Source: Cenococcum geophilum (taxonomy: Eukaryota). From it: a stretch of 64,000 bases of DNA. The stretch covers positions 4,154,001-4,218,000 of the forward strand of contig CP158636.1 in assembly GCA_050273025.1 (NCBI GenBank), in the 5' to 3' direction. Position numbers and translations under genes: made by a program. Of the stretch, positions 36,992-51,451 are shown piece after piece. The notes under the pieces are model-generated. The model was not told where the DNA came from and searched no databases. It was given only the letters and a program-made list of their open reading frames with translations. Positions within the stretch are counted from its first letter, which is position 1. Every line of letters starts with the position of its first letter.

Positions 36992-39900
36992 AGCAGCTTT
37001 ACCTAATAGGAACCCCTACTAAAGCAGTAATAATAAAAGCTATAATAATTGGACCTAAATTGTTACTATAGGGTCTAATATACGCTACCCTAATCCTTTA
37101 GTTTTTTAAGGAGACCGTAAGGAATATAGCCACTAGAAGATACAAATCTGTAAAAAAAACTAATTTAGAGCGCCTACCTTTTTCCTACGGAAGATACTAA
37201 AATTGGCTACATTATTAGGCAAATAAAAGGTATACTATTTAATAAACTCTTTGCCTAATAGGAGACTAGTAGCTCCTAGAATTAGTAGTCTTACTAAGAA
37301 GTCCTTAATAATCTTAACCTAATATACCGTAACTATAACTTACTAGCCACTAACTAAGCTAAACTACGTGCCCTAAAGATAAACCCTACTAAATTATTTA
37401 ATGAATTCTATATTAAATTCTAGGAATACACTAAAGCCCTTACCTAAGATAATACTAAAGATTAAACGGATCTCCTTAAAAAAGTTACTTATCGCCTTAG
37501 TTATATAGCCGCTAGCTATAACTACAATAATATTTATAAAATAGTAGCAGCTCTATAGAAGATTAAATAATAACTAAATTAAATTGCTACTACTAACCCT
37601 TACTTAAAGACCTCTCTATAGAAGCCCTCCGGGCCTACTAAACCTACATATACTAAGCCACTAATGCCTACTACCTTAAGTACCACTAGAGCCAACATTA
37701 ACCTCTTTATACTAACCTTTCTATAAAAACTCCTAAATAGAAAGCGTAAGCTACTTTGGAAACTAGGACGCTACTATAGATACTATTAAAAAGGCTATTA
37801 TTATAATAACCTAAACTGCCTAATAGCTAGGTTTAGTACCTATAGCCTAATACCTAACCTAATGCCTTAAACACTAAATACGTTACTACGCGCCATTACC
37901 GTATAAAATAAAAACGTAGTAATAGTAATAGAATCGGACATGAAAGTGGAAAACGCTAAGTCCTAGCCTTGGGTTATAGGTTAGGACGCCCTAATAATAA
38001 AGGGATCTATATATTAGCCTGCTTAATAGATAACTTAGTAAAGATAAACGGACGGAAATAAATAGTTTTACCTATAATAGGAACTACTGCTATAAAATAA
38101 TATAAAAGCCATTTTATAATTAAATGTAAAGCTATTAACCAATTTATAGATACCTAACTTGTATATACTTATAACCTATTTACCTTACCCCTTACTAAAG
38201 CCCGCGCCCTATAACTCGCTAATAGTAGTTATACTGTATAGAAGATTACCTATATAGTATAACTCTACTTAGATATAAACGGGCACCAGAAAGAGCTCTA
38301 GGCCTATATTATACCACTTATTAACTACCCTATTATCCTTAAAATAAGCTAGCTTAAATAATATAACCCCGCCATTAACTAGGAAAAGAGAAAAGTAACC
38401 TTTAACTCTAAATATTATAGAAAAACTTGCCTAGGATATAGCCTAGCCACCTCTATTTACTTACCAGGATATTAACCTAAGAAACCCCTTATTACCTTAC
38501 CTATAACTAACTACTACTATATAAGTGCTGCGGCCTTCTACCGTATAGTATATAGAAAAGGCTAAACTATTACTACAGCTTCCTAATTATAACTATATAA
38601 GCTTAATAAAGAACAGGACTACGTCCTCTATAGTAATAAAATAAATATAGTTAACCTTCTAGAAGATAACGCCCCTGCGAAACTCTATGGACTTTTACCT
38701 TTAGACTTTAAGAAGTTTATAAAACTTAAAAAAGGACTTACTAACAAAGAACTCCGTAAGCTCCTCCTTAAGAGGTATTATAACTTTATTAATATATGCT
38801 TATAAAAGGGCGTAGATATACTCCCCCTATATTAACCTAATAACTATACTATTAATATTAAATAAGGAAAAACGCCACCTTATAAGAGACCCTACTTAAT
38901 ATTAAAAAATAAACTTCTAGTTATAAGAAAGTATATTAACAAGCACCTTAATAAAGGGTTTATTTATCCCAGTATATTACTAGCAGCTACTTCTATCCTT
39001 CTTACTAAGAAGTTAAAAGGAGGTATTTAATTCTACGTTAACTATAGAGGACTTAACGCTATTATAATTAAAAACTAATACCTAGTACTGCTTATATAGG
39101 AGACCCTTAAGCGGCTTAGCTAAGCCAAAATCTATATTAAGCTTAATATTATTACCACCTTTAACTATTTTTAAATACGGAAAGGTAACAAATGGAAAAC
39201 CGCATTTATATTACGCTTTAGCCAATTTAAATATACTGTTATACCCTTTAGTATATATAACGGCCCAAGCACCTTCTAAAGCTATATTAATAACGCCTTA
39301 TAGGACTACCTTAATAACTTCTACTCTACGTACCTAGATAATATACTTATTTATAGTAATAACCCTTTTAAGTATACTAAACACATTTAAAAGGTCCTAT
39401 AGCACCTTAGGGACGTAAGACTTTATATTAATTTAAAGAAATATAAATTCTTAGTTATAGAAGTAAAATACCTTAAACTAATTATTACCACTAAGGGTGT
39501 CTGTATAGACCCTAAGAAGGTATATATAATTATTAAATAGCAAGCCCCTAGCTGTATTAAGGACGTATAAGCCTTCCTTAGTTTCGCTAACTTCTATTAA
39601 AAATTTATATACAACTTCTTAGGCATAGTAGCACTACTTATAGCAATAATGTAAATAAAGGGCTTTTCTATAAAAGGAAGAAAAACGCACCTACGCTTTA
39701 CCTAGACGCTTAAATACAAGAAGGCGTTTTAAGACCTTAAAAATGCCTTTACCAAAGCACCTATTCTAGCTTACTTTACACTAGGACGACAATTCTATCT
39801 TAAAACCAACTCCTTAGACCACGTTAACATAGGTATCCTTTTCTAAATAGGTAATAACGGTCTTCTTTACCTAGTTATATTTTACTTATTTAAGCTTATA

Positions 39901-42900
39901 TTATAAGAATATAACTATAAGATTTATAATAAAGAACTCCTTATAATTGTATAAGCGTTTAAAGAATTCTAACTAGAACTCTTCTTAGTAGAGCCTAACT
40001 AGCTAACTAAAGTCCTTACAGACCATTATAACCTTAAGTACTTTATAACTATAAAGTAGCTAAACTAATGCTAAGCATATTAGAATAAGTTCCTCTTTAG
40101 TTTTAACTTTAAAATTATATATAGACTAGGAGTATAAGGTACTAAATTTAATAGCCTAATACGCCGCTTATAAGACTTTCCTTAGTCTAAAAATAACCCC
40201 TATAATTAGTTTTAATAATAGATAATCCTAAAAGCACAAAATTTAGCCCTAGGTATACTACCTATAATAGAGCCAACTATACCTTAGCTTTATACTATAA
40301 AACTAGAGTTACCTCCTAAACTTAATAAGCTTATTACTATGGTATATAACACCTCTGTTAACCTATTACTATATTAACTTATTACTATAAAGACCACTAG
40401 CGCCTATATACTGCCTACTAACCTTTAAAGCTTAGGCCAGATTAATATAGCAGCCTTAAAAGTAAAAGAGAATAGGCTCTATTATAGAGGTCGTCTATTT
40501 ATCTCTAACTTAGAAAATCTATAACGGTAACTAATCTAAATAGCCTATAACCTCTAATTAAGCGGCCACTTAGGTAAAGGAGGAACCTATAAGCTTTTTA
40601 GCCAATACTACTTCTAGCCAAAAATAATAGACTTAGTTAAACACTTTATAGGCGCCTATTATAGTTATAAGCGCGCTAAGGCCTTTAATATAAAGTACTA
40701 AGAACTACTATACCCTCTATTAGTACCTATATAACAATAGGCAGATATCGCCATAGATTTCGTTATTAACCTACTACCCTATAAATAATACGGCCGTATC
40801 TATAAAAACATCCTTATAATAATATGCCGACTTATAAAAGAGCGCCACTATGTCCTAACTAAAGGCGTAGCTATTAGCGATGTTACTAATACCTTCCTTT
40901 ATAAAGTTTACTAACTATATAGGTTACCTAACTTAATTACGTCTAATTAAGGTATATAATTTAACTCTAATATATAGAGACAAATCTGCCAACGCCTTAG
41001 CATCTCTATTAAGATGTCTATATCCTTTTACTATAAAACTACTAGGTAACTAGAAAATGTTAATGCTAGTATAAAAGCGTACCTATAATAGGTAGTCGCC
41101 TATAGTTAAGATAACTAGGTAGATTACCTCCTAGTAAGTAAATTTATAGTAAATAACTACGTCTTAACTACTATAGGACTTACCCCGTTCTTCGCGAATA
41201 AGAGTTATTACCCTTAATCTAGTATAGAGCTACCAGAACCTATTAATAAGAAACTGCTATATAGAAAACGCCTTAAGATACTACTTGCTAACTAGTATAT
41301 AGACTATATAAAAAATCTACTTAACTACTATAAGGGAGAAATAGCCTAGGCTTAAGTAAAGTAGGCCTACTTCGCTAACTATTATAAAACGCCACCACCG
41401 GAGATGCGTATTAGCGGCTAGGTATAGCTAAATATATATAATATCTCTACGCAGAGGCCTATAAAGTCACTTAATTATAAGAACCTTAGCCCCTATTTAA
41501 TTAAACAAGTTATTAATAGGGGAGCCGTATATAAACTAGAACTCCTACCTACCCTAGCTACCCACGGGATATAGCCTATATTTTACCTATAACTACTATA
41601 CCTTTATTAGCCTAACCCCTTACTAGGGCAGATATAGCCTAAACCCCTATTAGTACTAATTTAAGATAAGAACGAAGATAAGAACTATAAGGAGTAGACC
41701 GTTAAATAAATTATTAACTCTAAATACTTTGGTAAAGGTAGAGGACGACGGCTCTACTACAGAGCTATATATGTAGGATTTAATATAAATTAGCCAGAAT
41801 AGCAACTATAGGAAAACTTTAAAAATGCAAAGGATCTAATTAGTAACTTTTACTACGTAAACCTATAGAAACTGGGCTAAAGAAAAGATTTTATACCTAA
41901 TCCTCTATAGGAGCCCTTATAGAGTTAAACCGTTATACATTACTATATAAGGGCAAATTACCGTTAGATTATAGTAAAGTGCGATTATATAACCGGAATA
42001 TTATTAAGATATCTAGGAACTTTAACTGGCGGTTAAAGTTATCTAATTAGTTAAATTCTTAAATGCTAAGCCTTATTATATAACGTTATTTTAAACCTTT
42101 AGCAATACCCTCCTTTCTTCTTTTCTATACCTTAAGTGTCCCTTCTATATATATATAGTAACCACAGCGTCGCTAGAGCTCCGCCCCTATAGAAGGGGGG
42201 GTAGTATTACAGAACCCTACCGCAGGGGTCTCTATAGGAGAGCCCCGTGCTCTTATATACACCTCGCGTATAGCTTATATTAGCTACGCGTAGGTATATC
42301 ACCTCCTTATACCCTTAACCCTTATAATTAATCGCGTAACGTCTTATAGACTCCTTAAATACATACGCTCTATAGCCACTACCCTCGTTCCGTAATATCT
42401 AGGTTAAGAACTTATACCGCTAGATAGTAGGGAGAATTATCTAGCTTCTTAATGTACTTTATAAGCTTTTCTTTAGTACGTTAGAGTTAAGGAGTTATAA
42501 ACTTATCCTTAACCTTAGTAGCTATTACCTATAGAAAAGTTAGCTAAAGAAATATTAAGAGTATCGTATAATATACTAATGCGGTCTATATTATATCCTT
42601 AAAAATATTAACTAATTTTAGAACCCTCTTTAGTGTTATATAATCTCCTTAAAGAAATAGAGTTGCTTTATAGAAAGACTAAAGGAAATCGCGAATCGTA
42701 TAAAGATATATCCATTTACTTATTAAGAAAATATTATCTTTTAAGTTATTCTTATAGTGCTTTACGTAAAGTTAAAGCCTAGCCTTTACTTTATCCTCTA
42801 GAGCTATATATAGTATAAGAAACTAGCTATTCCATCTTATACGGTTATTAAAAGGAGCTCTTTTACTAGTATATTTAATAAACTATATTATATAGTTAGC

Positions 42901-43334
42901 TAAGCTGCGGATATAAACAATATAGTTATAAAGCTTTCCTATTAGCCCTATAATATTTTAAATATTTTAACCTCTTTTACGCTTTTTGTCTAATACTAGC
43001 TCTAATTCTTTATCTTTCTTTTTCTTTCTCTTAACTAGCGGTAGTACTTATTGTATAACTTCTTCTTCTTCCTCCTCTTCTTCTTTATTCTATTCTTTAT
43101 TCTCTTTATTATATAAGTTTATAAATTTCTTATCCTTTTTAAATTAAATAGAAAGGCTTAAATAATAAGATTAATAACATGCCCTTAATAGCGAATTCTT
43201 TAATACGTTGCAATCTAGTTAATTTTATACTTAAGGCTAAGCTATTAGCTAATTATATAATAAAGAACATTATTTAATCCAGTATTATTGCCAATAAGAG
43301 CTCTAATCTTTATTTTAATGCTATACTTAATAAG

Positions 43335-46300
43335 TGTCACAGTGCTGCAATGAAGTAGACTAAATAACTACGTTATGGTATAAAGAGGGGAAGAAGGTGG
43401 AAAGGGGGTATTATATATAAATAGTAGGGCCGGCCGCCAAGTCGCTAGTAATAGGCCAGCTAATAGTAGGAAATAGTACGAGACAGTATAAAACAGTATA
43501 CGTTAGGTTAGTGCCGTAACAGTACTCCTCTCCCCTAGATAGTTTAGTCCCCAAACCAAATAAATAATTTAAAGATAGGCAGTATATAGGTTACCTATTT
43601 TTTACCGCAAAGATATTAGTTCTGCTTACCGCCCTTAACCGAGCTAATGGCAATTTTCTATACCGGGCATAGAAAATCCTAATTAGTTAGTTTAGTAAGT
43701 AAGGTCGGCAGAACTCTATACCGCCACCCAAATTAGTCCGCGTGGCGTTTCTTAGCGAGAATTTGGCTAATTAGACAACTTTAACCACTAGTTAAAGTTC
43801 TATAACATCTCAACCACCACAAATTTTAATACGGTGGTCGGCCGCGACCTTGGCGTAACTTTTCCTTATCTTATACCCAGTCTAGGGGTCCTAGCTTCTT
43901 AGGGTGTTGCTTATAGAAGCGCTGTATAGCTTATTCGCAACCCTTTAGGTTTTCCTCTAGCTGCTAGGTTATATCCTTATAATATTTCCATTTAATCTTA
44001 TAAGTTAGGCCCTAAGGGTCTTTATTGTGTATATTAAGGATTTTCTTAAACTCCTATTTATCTTCTATGTTGCCGTTATTATCTCTTTCTGCCACTCGTC
44101 CTTATATATTACGGCGCTTTATAGTATTAATATTTGCTTAGCTAGGGATCTCTTTAGCGGCCTAGAGGCGGACCTTAGATATATAAAAGGATTTGTTTAC
44201 TCGGATATAGTTTAGGAGGTCTACTATAACTGCCCCTTAGTATACTGCGAGTACGGGGTATAGGCCGTCCCATTTATTGTCCTATTTCTTCTTAAGTCTG
44301 TTTATCTTTATATTTTCTAAGCTAACTATAACTATATTACCTTTATAGAATAACGCGCTCTTATCCCTATAGGTATTAGTATTATCTTTATAGCGTTACT
44401 ATAAAATCTAGGCTAGGGCCTTAAGCTATATTAATATCTGCTTAAAGCGGTTAGCCACAGAGTCTACGCGGAAGAACTCCTTCTTTACTTATGCTAATAG
44501 TATTAGTAGGTGGGGGCCAGCAGGCTTAATTCCAAGGTAAGGGTTAAAGCTATAGTTTGCAAAAAACGGGGAGATACCTATACTCTCGTTAACTTAGTTA
44601 TTTATAGCAAACTTAGTAAGCGGCAGGTAGTTAACCTAGTTATTCTATATAAAGCTAACAAAAGCACAAAGGTATTTATTTACGGCAGCGTTAATAATTT
44701 TAGTTTAGCCGTCTATTTCTAGGTACTAGGCTAAGCTTAGTCGTAAGGTTGTTTTAAGGCGTTTACTTAGTTATTACCAGAAGTTACTAATAAATTATAT
44801 GCCGCGATTGGAGATAATTATGCTTGGTGTACCGTAAAGCTTATATACGTTATTAATAAAGCTATTAACTAGCTCCTCTATTAAGAGTCCTATTACTAGA
44901 ACAAGGTATTATATTTTAGTTAGGCGGTCTATAATAATAAGGATATATTTATATACCTTGCTATAGCGTTAGTATACCGGTAGCGTTATAATATAGTTAA
45001 TTAAGATATCGGTCTACGGGCGGGCGGGTAATTTTAGTGGCTTTAGGAAACCGGGTGGGGTAGAACGGGGGGTCTTAATATAAAAGTATAGGGCATAGTC
45101 TTTAACGAAGGTAGCCGTAAACTGGGAGATTTCTAGCCACTAGTATATTTGGTTTAAAAGGTTAAAAGCCTTAACCCAGCTAGGGTAACTAATAGGGCCG
45201 CTACTATAAGAGTGATAGGTAACTTCTAGGCGGAGGTCTAGGGCGTTAGGGACGAAGAGACGTTAGTGGAAGTAAATCTGTCCGTTAACGATACTGCATT
45301 CTAACTTATCGCAATAAAGTAATTTCCTAATCTTCTTTAGCCAACGGCGAGCTTTCTAATTATATAGGGCTACTATTATATCTCTTGCGAGTTTATTCTC
45401 CTAGTATCCTAGCTAAATTAACTCGTCTAGTAACTTTTCGGCTATTTTGGGGTTTAGAGCGGCTATAAACTCCGCGTTATTAGAGTTACGGGACTTATAT
45501 AGTAATTCTTTTAAGATTATAGGGTTAACTTTCTAGGGAGGTATAACGACTTAGGCTCGGTGGCGGAGGCGTTTATTATTAGCGTCCTTAGGCCTTATTC
45601 TTAGTAGCCAGCTTAGGGTGTTAGGGAGCGTAGCTTTACTGCTAGGTCTATATATAATTATAAAGTTAAACTATAAAAGAAACTCTGCCCACTAGACTTA
45701 GCGCTAGTTTAGCTACTTAGTAGTTATAAACATCTATAGGTTCTTATAGTCGGTAATAATTTTAAACGGCTCCTTAGTCCCTTATAGCTTAGGACGCCAT
45801 TCCTCTAAAGCCTTAATAATAGCTAAGAGTTCTTTATTATAGATTTTATAGTTATACTTTAGCGCAGAGTGTTTTACGGAGAAGAATGCAACCTGTTTTA
45901 ATTTTCCGTTATTATTATACTAGGAAAGAACTCCGCCAGAAGCCTAATTCGATATATCCGTCTTTACCACTGTTTTCTTTATATAGTTATAGTATGCTAG
46001 TACTAGTGCTGAAGTAAAGGCTCCCTTAAGGGCCTTAAATAATTTGGCTTGTTTTAGTCCCTATAGCCATCTAATATCCTTCTTTAGGAGTTTTATTATA
46101 GGTATAGTAATAGCAGAGTAGCCTTAAATAAATTATTAGTAGAAGTTCGCGAAGCTAAGAAATTATTATAGTTCTTTAATTAATGTTGGGTCCTTTTATT
46201 CCTATAAGGCCTGTACCTTCTTAGGGTCTATAGTTATACCATTAGTTAAGATAATTAAGCCAAGGTATTTTGTTTTAGTAGAGTAGAACTTAGACTTATT

Positions 46301-49300
46301 AATATTAATCTAAAGTCCAGTATTACCGAGTCTTTAGATAACTTCATTTATATACTTAGTATGCTCGGCGTATGTTTTAGAAAAGATAAGGACGTTATTA
46401 AGGTAGGCGGTGTAGTAGTCGTTAAGGGCGTTATGTAAAACATAGTTAATATAGTTCTAAAACGTAGCAGGTGTATTATAAAGGCCAAATAGTATAACTA
46501 GCATCTTATAGAGTTTGAACTGGGTAATAAATGCTATAAGCTACTTATAGCCCTCCGTAATCCGGATTTGGTTAAATACAGCAATTACATTAAGTTTAGT
46601 AAAGTACTTAGCACTATAAAGTGCGTTAAGTGTCTCGCGGATTAGTGGCAGTGGGTATTAATTCTTAATAGTAATTATGTTTAGGCCTCGGTAGTTATAG
46701 TAGATTTATATACCGTCGCCAGGCTTAGCAGCAAGGAGGAGTAGTATAGTAGCTAGTAAGGTTAATTCGCGGATAAAACCCTTATCCAGTATCTTATTAA
46801 TCCACTTCTTTACACACCTAAGTTTAGTAGGTAAGAGTAGTCTATTTTTATAGTACGGGGCCTAGTTTCTGGGGGTAATCTTAATTTTATGGTCCTATGG
46901 TTGGTAAGAGGGCAGCTTATCTATGTTTTTAGGGAAGAAGTGCTTAATATATTTATTAAACTCCTTTAGTAGGCGTTATAGAATATCTTTGCGGGTTAAT
47001 CCTAGTTTGCCTTTTAGGAATTTTTTAATATTAGTATTAACTATCTTCCGACGTAAAAGCTTAGGTTTAGTTTTTAGATTTATCTTAAGGAAGTTATAAA
47101 AATAGGGGAAAAGCACTTTATAGGCTTCCTTTATTGTATAGTCGCCTTCTACTAGCCGGCGGAAAGACCTTTCTAATAGGTTCGGTACTTCTATTAGGCC
47201 TATAGGCAGCTCTTTAAGTAGCTATCGGTGCTTATCTTATTTAACTAGTTCTACTAGCTCTGCTATATAGATCCTTATTACCTTTATGTCTTTTTATTTA
47301 CAGAACTGGGTAAAATTAATAGTATAAGTATATTTAATATTGTCCAGGTTAGGGCGTATCTAGTTCTCCGGTGCTATAGCTAGGCTAATATAGCTTAGTC
47401 AGCCCAGGGGGGCGGAAACGAGGCGGCGGCCCTATATAGTACGCGCGGGAGATAGGTATAAGGTTAGGCGTTACAGTGGCGCGGTTTCTATTATCTGGGT
47501 CTTAGTAGTTTTATAGCTAGTCCTTGCTATAACGCGAGCTATAGTATACGTATATGGCATATAGCTTAGTTCTAGGTATTAGGCTAGGCGGCTAGGGTTT
47601 AAATAGTGCCTGGGTTAGAGTTAGATTCTTAGTAGTAGCGGCGTAAAGCGGACCTTCTTCCTTAGTCTTAGCAGGGCTGGCTAGCCTGTTATTTTGGTCT
47701 TAAGTACTAAGGTAGTCTAGTCTTCCACTATTTCGTTTCTTTGCAGCTATATAGGCTCCCCTTTATTAGGAACGTCTTCTACTATTAGGGCTTTATATAT
47801 AGTCCTAGGCACTAGGCTTAGTAGTGCTAAGTATCTATATAGGGCGTCCCTACTAATGTCGGTTATCCCCTATAGGAGGCAGTGCCTAAAGTAGTAGTCT
47901 AAGTTAAAGCAGATCTTAAGTTTCCTAAAGCTAGGACGGGGCTCGTGCTTCTAAAGCTAGGGTATACTTAGGATAATTAGGGTAGCGGGTAAGAGTTTGG
48001 TAATAAAAAAAAGTATGGCTTTAGTATAGAGGCCAATTAATATTTAGGCGGTAAAGTAGTCCGTAATAAGCGAAGTTAGGATACCGTCTGCAAGACGCAG
48101 TGGCCTAGGTGCCAGCAGCTTCTTAGTTATAACATCATACTTTCTTATAATAGACTCTACGTTAGTAAATGCTATTATAGTACTACCGGAGTCTACTAGG
48201 CTTACTATATTAATATAAACTTAGGGGTATAGATTACGTAATAAGGAGAGTTAGGTTTAAATAAGAATTAATTTCTTATTACTGTTTGCTAATCTAAAAT
48301 TAAGTAGCAGTTTACTAATAAAAAGGACTAATTAATCTAGTAATAGGGACCTAATCTTCTCGTCTTCCTCCTTATATAGTTTAGACCCTTAAATGCAACT
48401 TAGTCTAAGGGTTTGCCTTTTAACAACTAGGGTATAGGGCTGTCTTAACGGGGCGGTCTAGTGTCCGTCTGGCTGGCGGTATTAGTCTTAGTTTTAGTTA
48501 GGGTATAAGAAGATAATACCTTATTAATAATATAGCCGTGTTCGTATTCGCTAGCGCAAAGTCACTAATACTAGGCGTTATTAACGGGTTAGGCTCCTAT
48601 ATAGGGTATGGTTTAGAGTAACTAAGCTATAGGGTTAAAGGGGGGGGGTTATCCGCCGCGGCCATAATAGGCTCTGCGGTTGCCGCGTCTATAATAGACT
48701 CTACGGTCGCCGCGTCCGCGGTTATTAGTTTGCGTCGTTTAATAGGGTGGCATTAGGACTAGGTTTACTGTCTTAGTAGGGTTATAGGCATCCTTCTAGT
48801 GGCTAGGTAGGCCATAGGTAAGGCACAGTCTATTATTAATGTGGTACTTACGCTCCGTATCTAAGATTTTATTAAGGTCTATAGGTTCTCTAGTTACTGC
48901 TAGGGTTAAGGTTAATATAGGGGCAAGGGCTTAAGTAGGTAGGCAGTAGTTAGTGTTCTTCTTAAGGTTAGCTTAGTATATATAGTTCGCGAGGTTCTTA
49001 GTAAATACATCTATCTACTTACTCCAACCTATATAGTCGCTGTTATTAATTTTATAGGCAAGTCTAAGTACCAGCTCTTCCATCTTTAGAGAGATAAACT
49101 TTTAGAGTAAGTTTAACTTCTATTTGTCTATCTTCTTAACGCGGACTATTAGTTTATTAAGCTCTCCCTTCTAGGACCAGTAATTACGCTCGCCCTAGGG
49201 GAAATAGTTAAGCTTATTCTTTGCGACTTAGGTTATATTAAGGACCTTATAGTAGGTAGTAAGGTCTTTAAGCATATCTTTCTTAGTAGGCCATTTCTAT

Positions 49301-50248
49301 ATAGATATATTATTTAGGTTCTCGTGTATAAGCTCTAAGCCCTACTTAATAAACTTATAGGCCTTATTTTCTAGTATATCCGAGATGTAAAGGATCTAGG
49401 ACTAAACTATATTAAAGTAGTCCTAGTCCCGGTCGAAGACTCCTTTAATCTTAATATACTAGGTCTTAAAATTAGCTTATTATTCTAGTAGGGTACCTTT
49501 TCCGCTAAATATTAGCAGGTCTTTAGATCTCCGTTTTTTCTGCTAGGTTACTACTATTGTTATAGGGGTTAATTGTTTTAGAACGGTAATAGTCTTTGCT
49601 TAGGAGTTAATAGTTCCTATCTAGGAAGCGATAAGGGTACTAAGATTTTCGTTAGCTTTCTTATTGGCGGTGTTTATATTATATATATACTATAGTCCTA
49701 CTTTAATGTTATTAAGGAACTCGTTAGTATAGTTAATAAGGGTAAGGTAAGCTTTACTAGGCTTAAAGGTCTTTAGGTACAGTAGGGAGCGGCGGATTAT
49801 CTACGCGATATTAGGGTATATCTCTATAAAGAGGTCTATAAAGACGTCGCAGGGGTTTTAGGTTTCGGCCATTTCGGTATTATTAGTGTCGCCTATTTAG
49901 GCGCTAGGTAAAAACTAAGGATCGTTCTAGGACTATGCTAGGGACGTATTGGTTTCAGCAGAGGCGCGCGTAGGTTGCGATTACTCTGGGGCGGAGGTCA
50001 ATTAGCTAGGGTATAAGAAATTAGTAATCGCGACGGGGCGCAAATTAAAGATACTATAAACTGTCACAGTGCTGTAATAAAGTAGACTAAATAACTACGT
50101 TATAGTATAAAGAGGGGAAGAAGGTGGAAAGGGGGTATTATATATAAATAGTAGGGCCGGCCGCTAAGTCGCTAGTGGTGGGCTAGCTAACAGTAGGAAA
50201 CAGTACAAGACAGTATGAAACAGTATGCGTTAGGTCAGTGCCGTGACA
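43335..50248 (-). mobile_element. Full-length Ty3/Gypsy chromovirus family A, copy 2 (RIPed)
   Basis: 187-bp LTRs 43335-43521 and 50062-50248 (TGTCAC...GTGACA); TSD ATAAG; PPT complement CTCCTCTCCCCT at 43525-43536; gag-PR-RT-RH-INT-chromodomain order. Confidence 0.96.
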
Positions 50249-51290
50249 ATAAGAACCGGATAAAGCGCCTCCTATTAATCTATATTACTCTAATTAGATA
50301 CTATATAAAGGGCAATTAAGGGGTTCTAGTATTTATTCTAGATATTAATAAAGCTAGTATAAATTCCAAAAAAAGGGAATAACTTAGAGAGGTCCAGATA
50401 TCCACAGTAAGGTAAATATTTATTTTTGTAGATTGAAGTACTTTTCGTACTATTAGTATGCTTTAACAACGTGCAGAATACATATATTACAATGATATGT
50501 ACTATACGGTGTTATAAATGGATGTTAATTCTTTAAGATCTACGCGTCGTAAAGGATAAAGCTCTTCGCGTGTTCTCCCGTGACTTCTATTAACCAATTA
50601 CGATTTTCTATCCCTGGGATAGAAAATCGCCATTAGCTCGCTTGCCACTAGCGCCTTAGCCTCCCTTATAATATGTCCACTATTGCAATATAATATATTC
50701 TAACTATACTAGGAGTATTTTAGAAAATGCGAAGAACTAGAATTCTATAACTATATAGTTTAAAAATCTATATACGCACTTCTCTTTCTTTCCTTCCTTA
50801 CTATTACGGCGTAGGTTATAATAGTGCTAGGTAGTATTATAGGTATAGGTAAATTACCACAGATTGCCGTAGATTGCCGTAGATTATAGTTACGTAATGC
50901 GGAGATTATATATAACGTTAAGCGGTACTACTTGTCCTCTTAAGCTTGCATATATCCTCCTTACTATACTTATGCCTTAGTTAACTAAGTCGCTAATATA
51001 GTATATTCTACCCATTCTACCGTCTTTAACTTAATTTAGTTTGTGTTAATAAGTCGCTTAAGGGCTAATAATAGTTTACTTTTAGTTATAGCGTCCATAG
51101 GGTTGCTATCTCCGTTAATCCACTTAACTTTAGCTATTTCGCGTCTTTTATAGGACTAGCGTATAACATTAATTATAAGTCTCTTCTCCTATATAGTTCC
51201 TAGCTTAATAAGGCATTTATAAATTAACTTAAAATTAGTATAAAGGATAAGCGGTAGACTAATATTAAGTTGCAATTTAACTATAGCCTT

Positions 51291-51451
51291 TATAAAGGCT
51301 TAGTCAAAAGAACAGAATCTATTAGTAGCCAGTAAACGAGAATTCCAAGACAAGGACTAGAAGAAGGTCGAGGAAAGGACACGTCTATATATATAAGCCA
51401 AGGCTCAGCTCGGCCGAGCCCCTGACTAGGGTCTGTAACAGTGCCGTAACA
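51291..51451. mobile_element. Solo LTR in Copia D RNase H
   Basis: TSD GCCTT (51286-51290, 51452-51456); ends ...GTGCCGTAACA; related to 24994-25176. Confidence 0.85.

Larger units (their letters stand above)
28079..42397 (+). mobile_element. Full-length Ty3/Gypsy chromovirus family B (RIPed), with family C nested in gag
   Basis: 193-bp LTRs 28079-28271 and 42205-42397; TSD TCTAG; PPT AGAAGGGGGGG 42191-42201; RT YLD(D)ILIYS near 39330; RNase H Y(D)KELL near 39925; integrase 40560-41250; chromodomain about 41690-41870. Confidence 0.95.
26048..50450 (-). mobile_element. hAT-superfamily DNA transposon (Restless/Tfo1-like), interrupted by Gypsy B and A2; 5' end not recovered
   Basis: Transposase pieces rejoin across the TSDs. 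Putative terminus TAGTGTT (RIPed CAGTGTT) at 26048 is followed by TATCCGGA subterminal motifs. The terminus assignment is inference. Confidence 0.7.
27545..50450 (-). pseudogene. hAT transposase in three fragments (50450-50254, 43334-42403, 28078-27545)
   Basis: HLTVDIWTS near 50385-50420; G(D)N(A)G(S)N(D) and RIR(C)(Q)GHVINL near 43165-43300; GKL(H)N...(D)NR(T)RWNS(W) near 42825-42940; dimerisation motif (QWW)...RF(P)(Q)L...LSIPG(M)S(DEPE)RVF(S) near 27655-27780. Confidence 0.9.

Noticed and set aside
27541..43000. Apparent codon-like plus-strand frame flanking Gypsy B
   Set aside because: It is the reverse complement of the hAT transposase frame.
43641..43690. Hammerhead ribozyme reading of the shared palindrome (CTAATGG as CUGAUGA)
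   Set aside because: Lacks the A9 and the GAAA after stem II required by the core, and occurs in both orientations.
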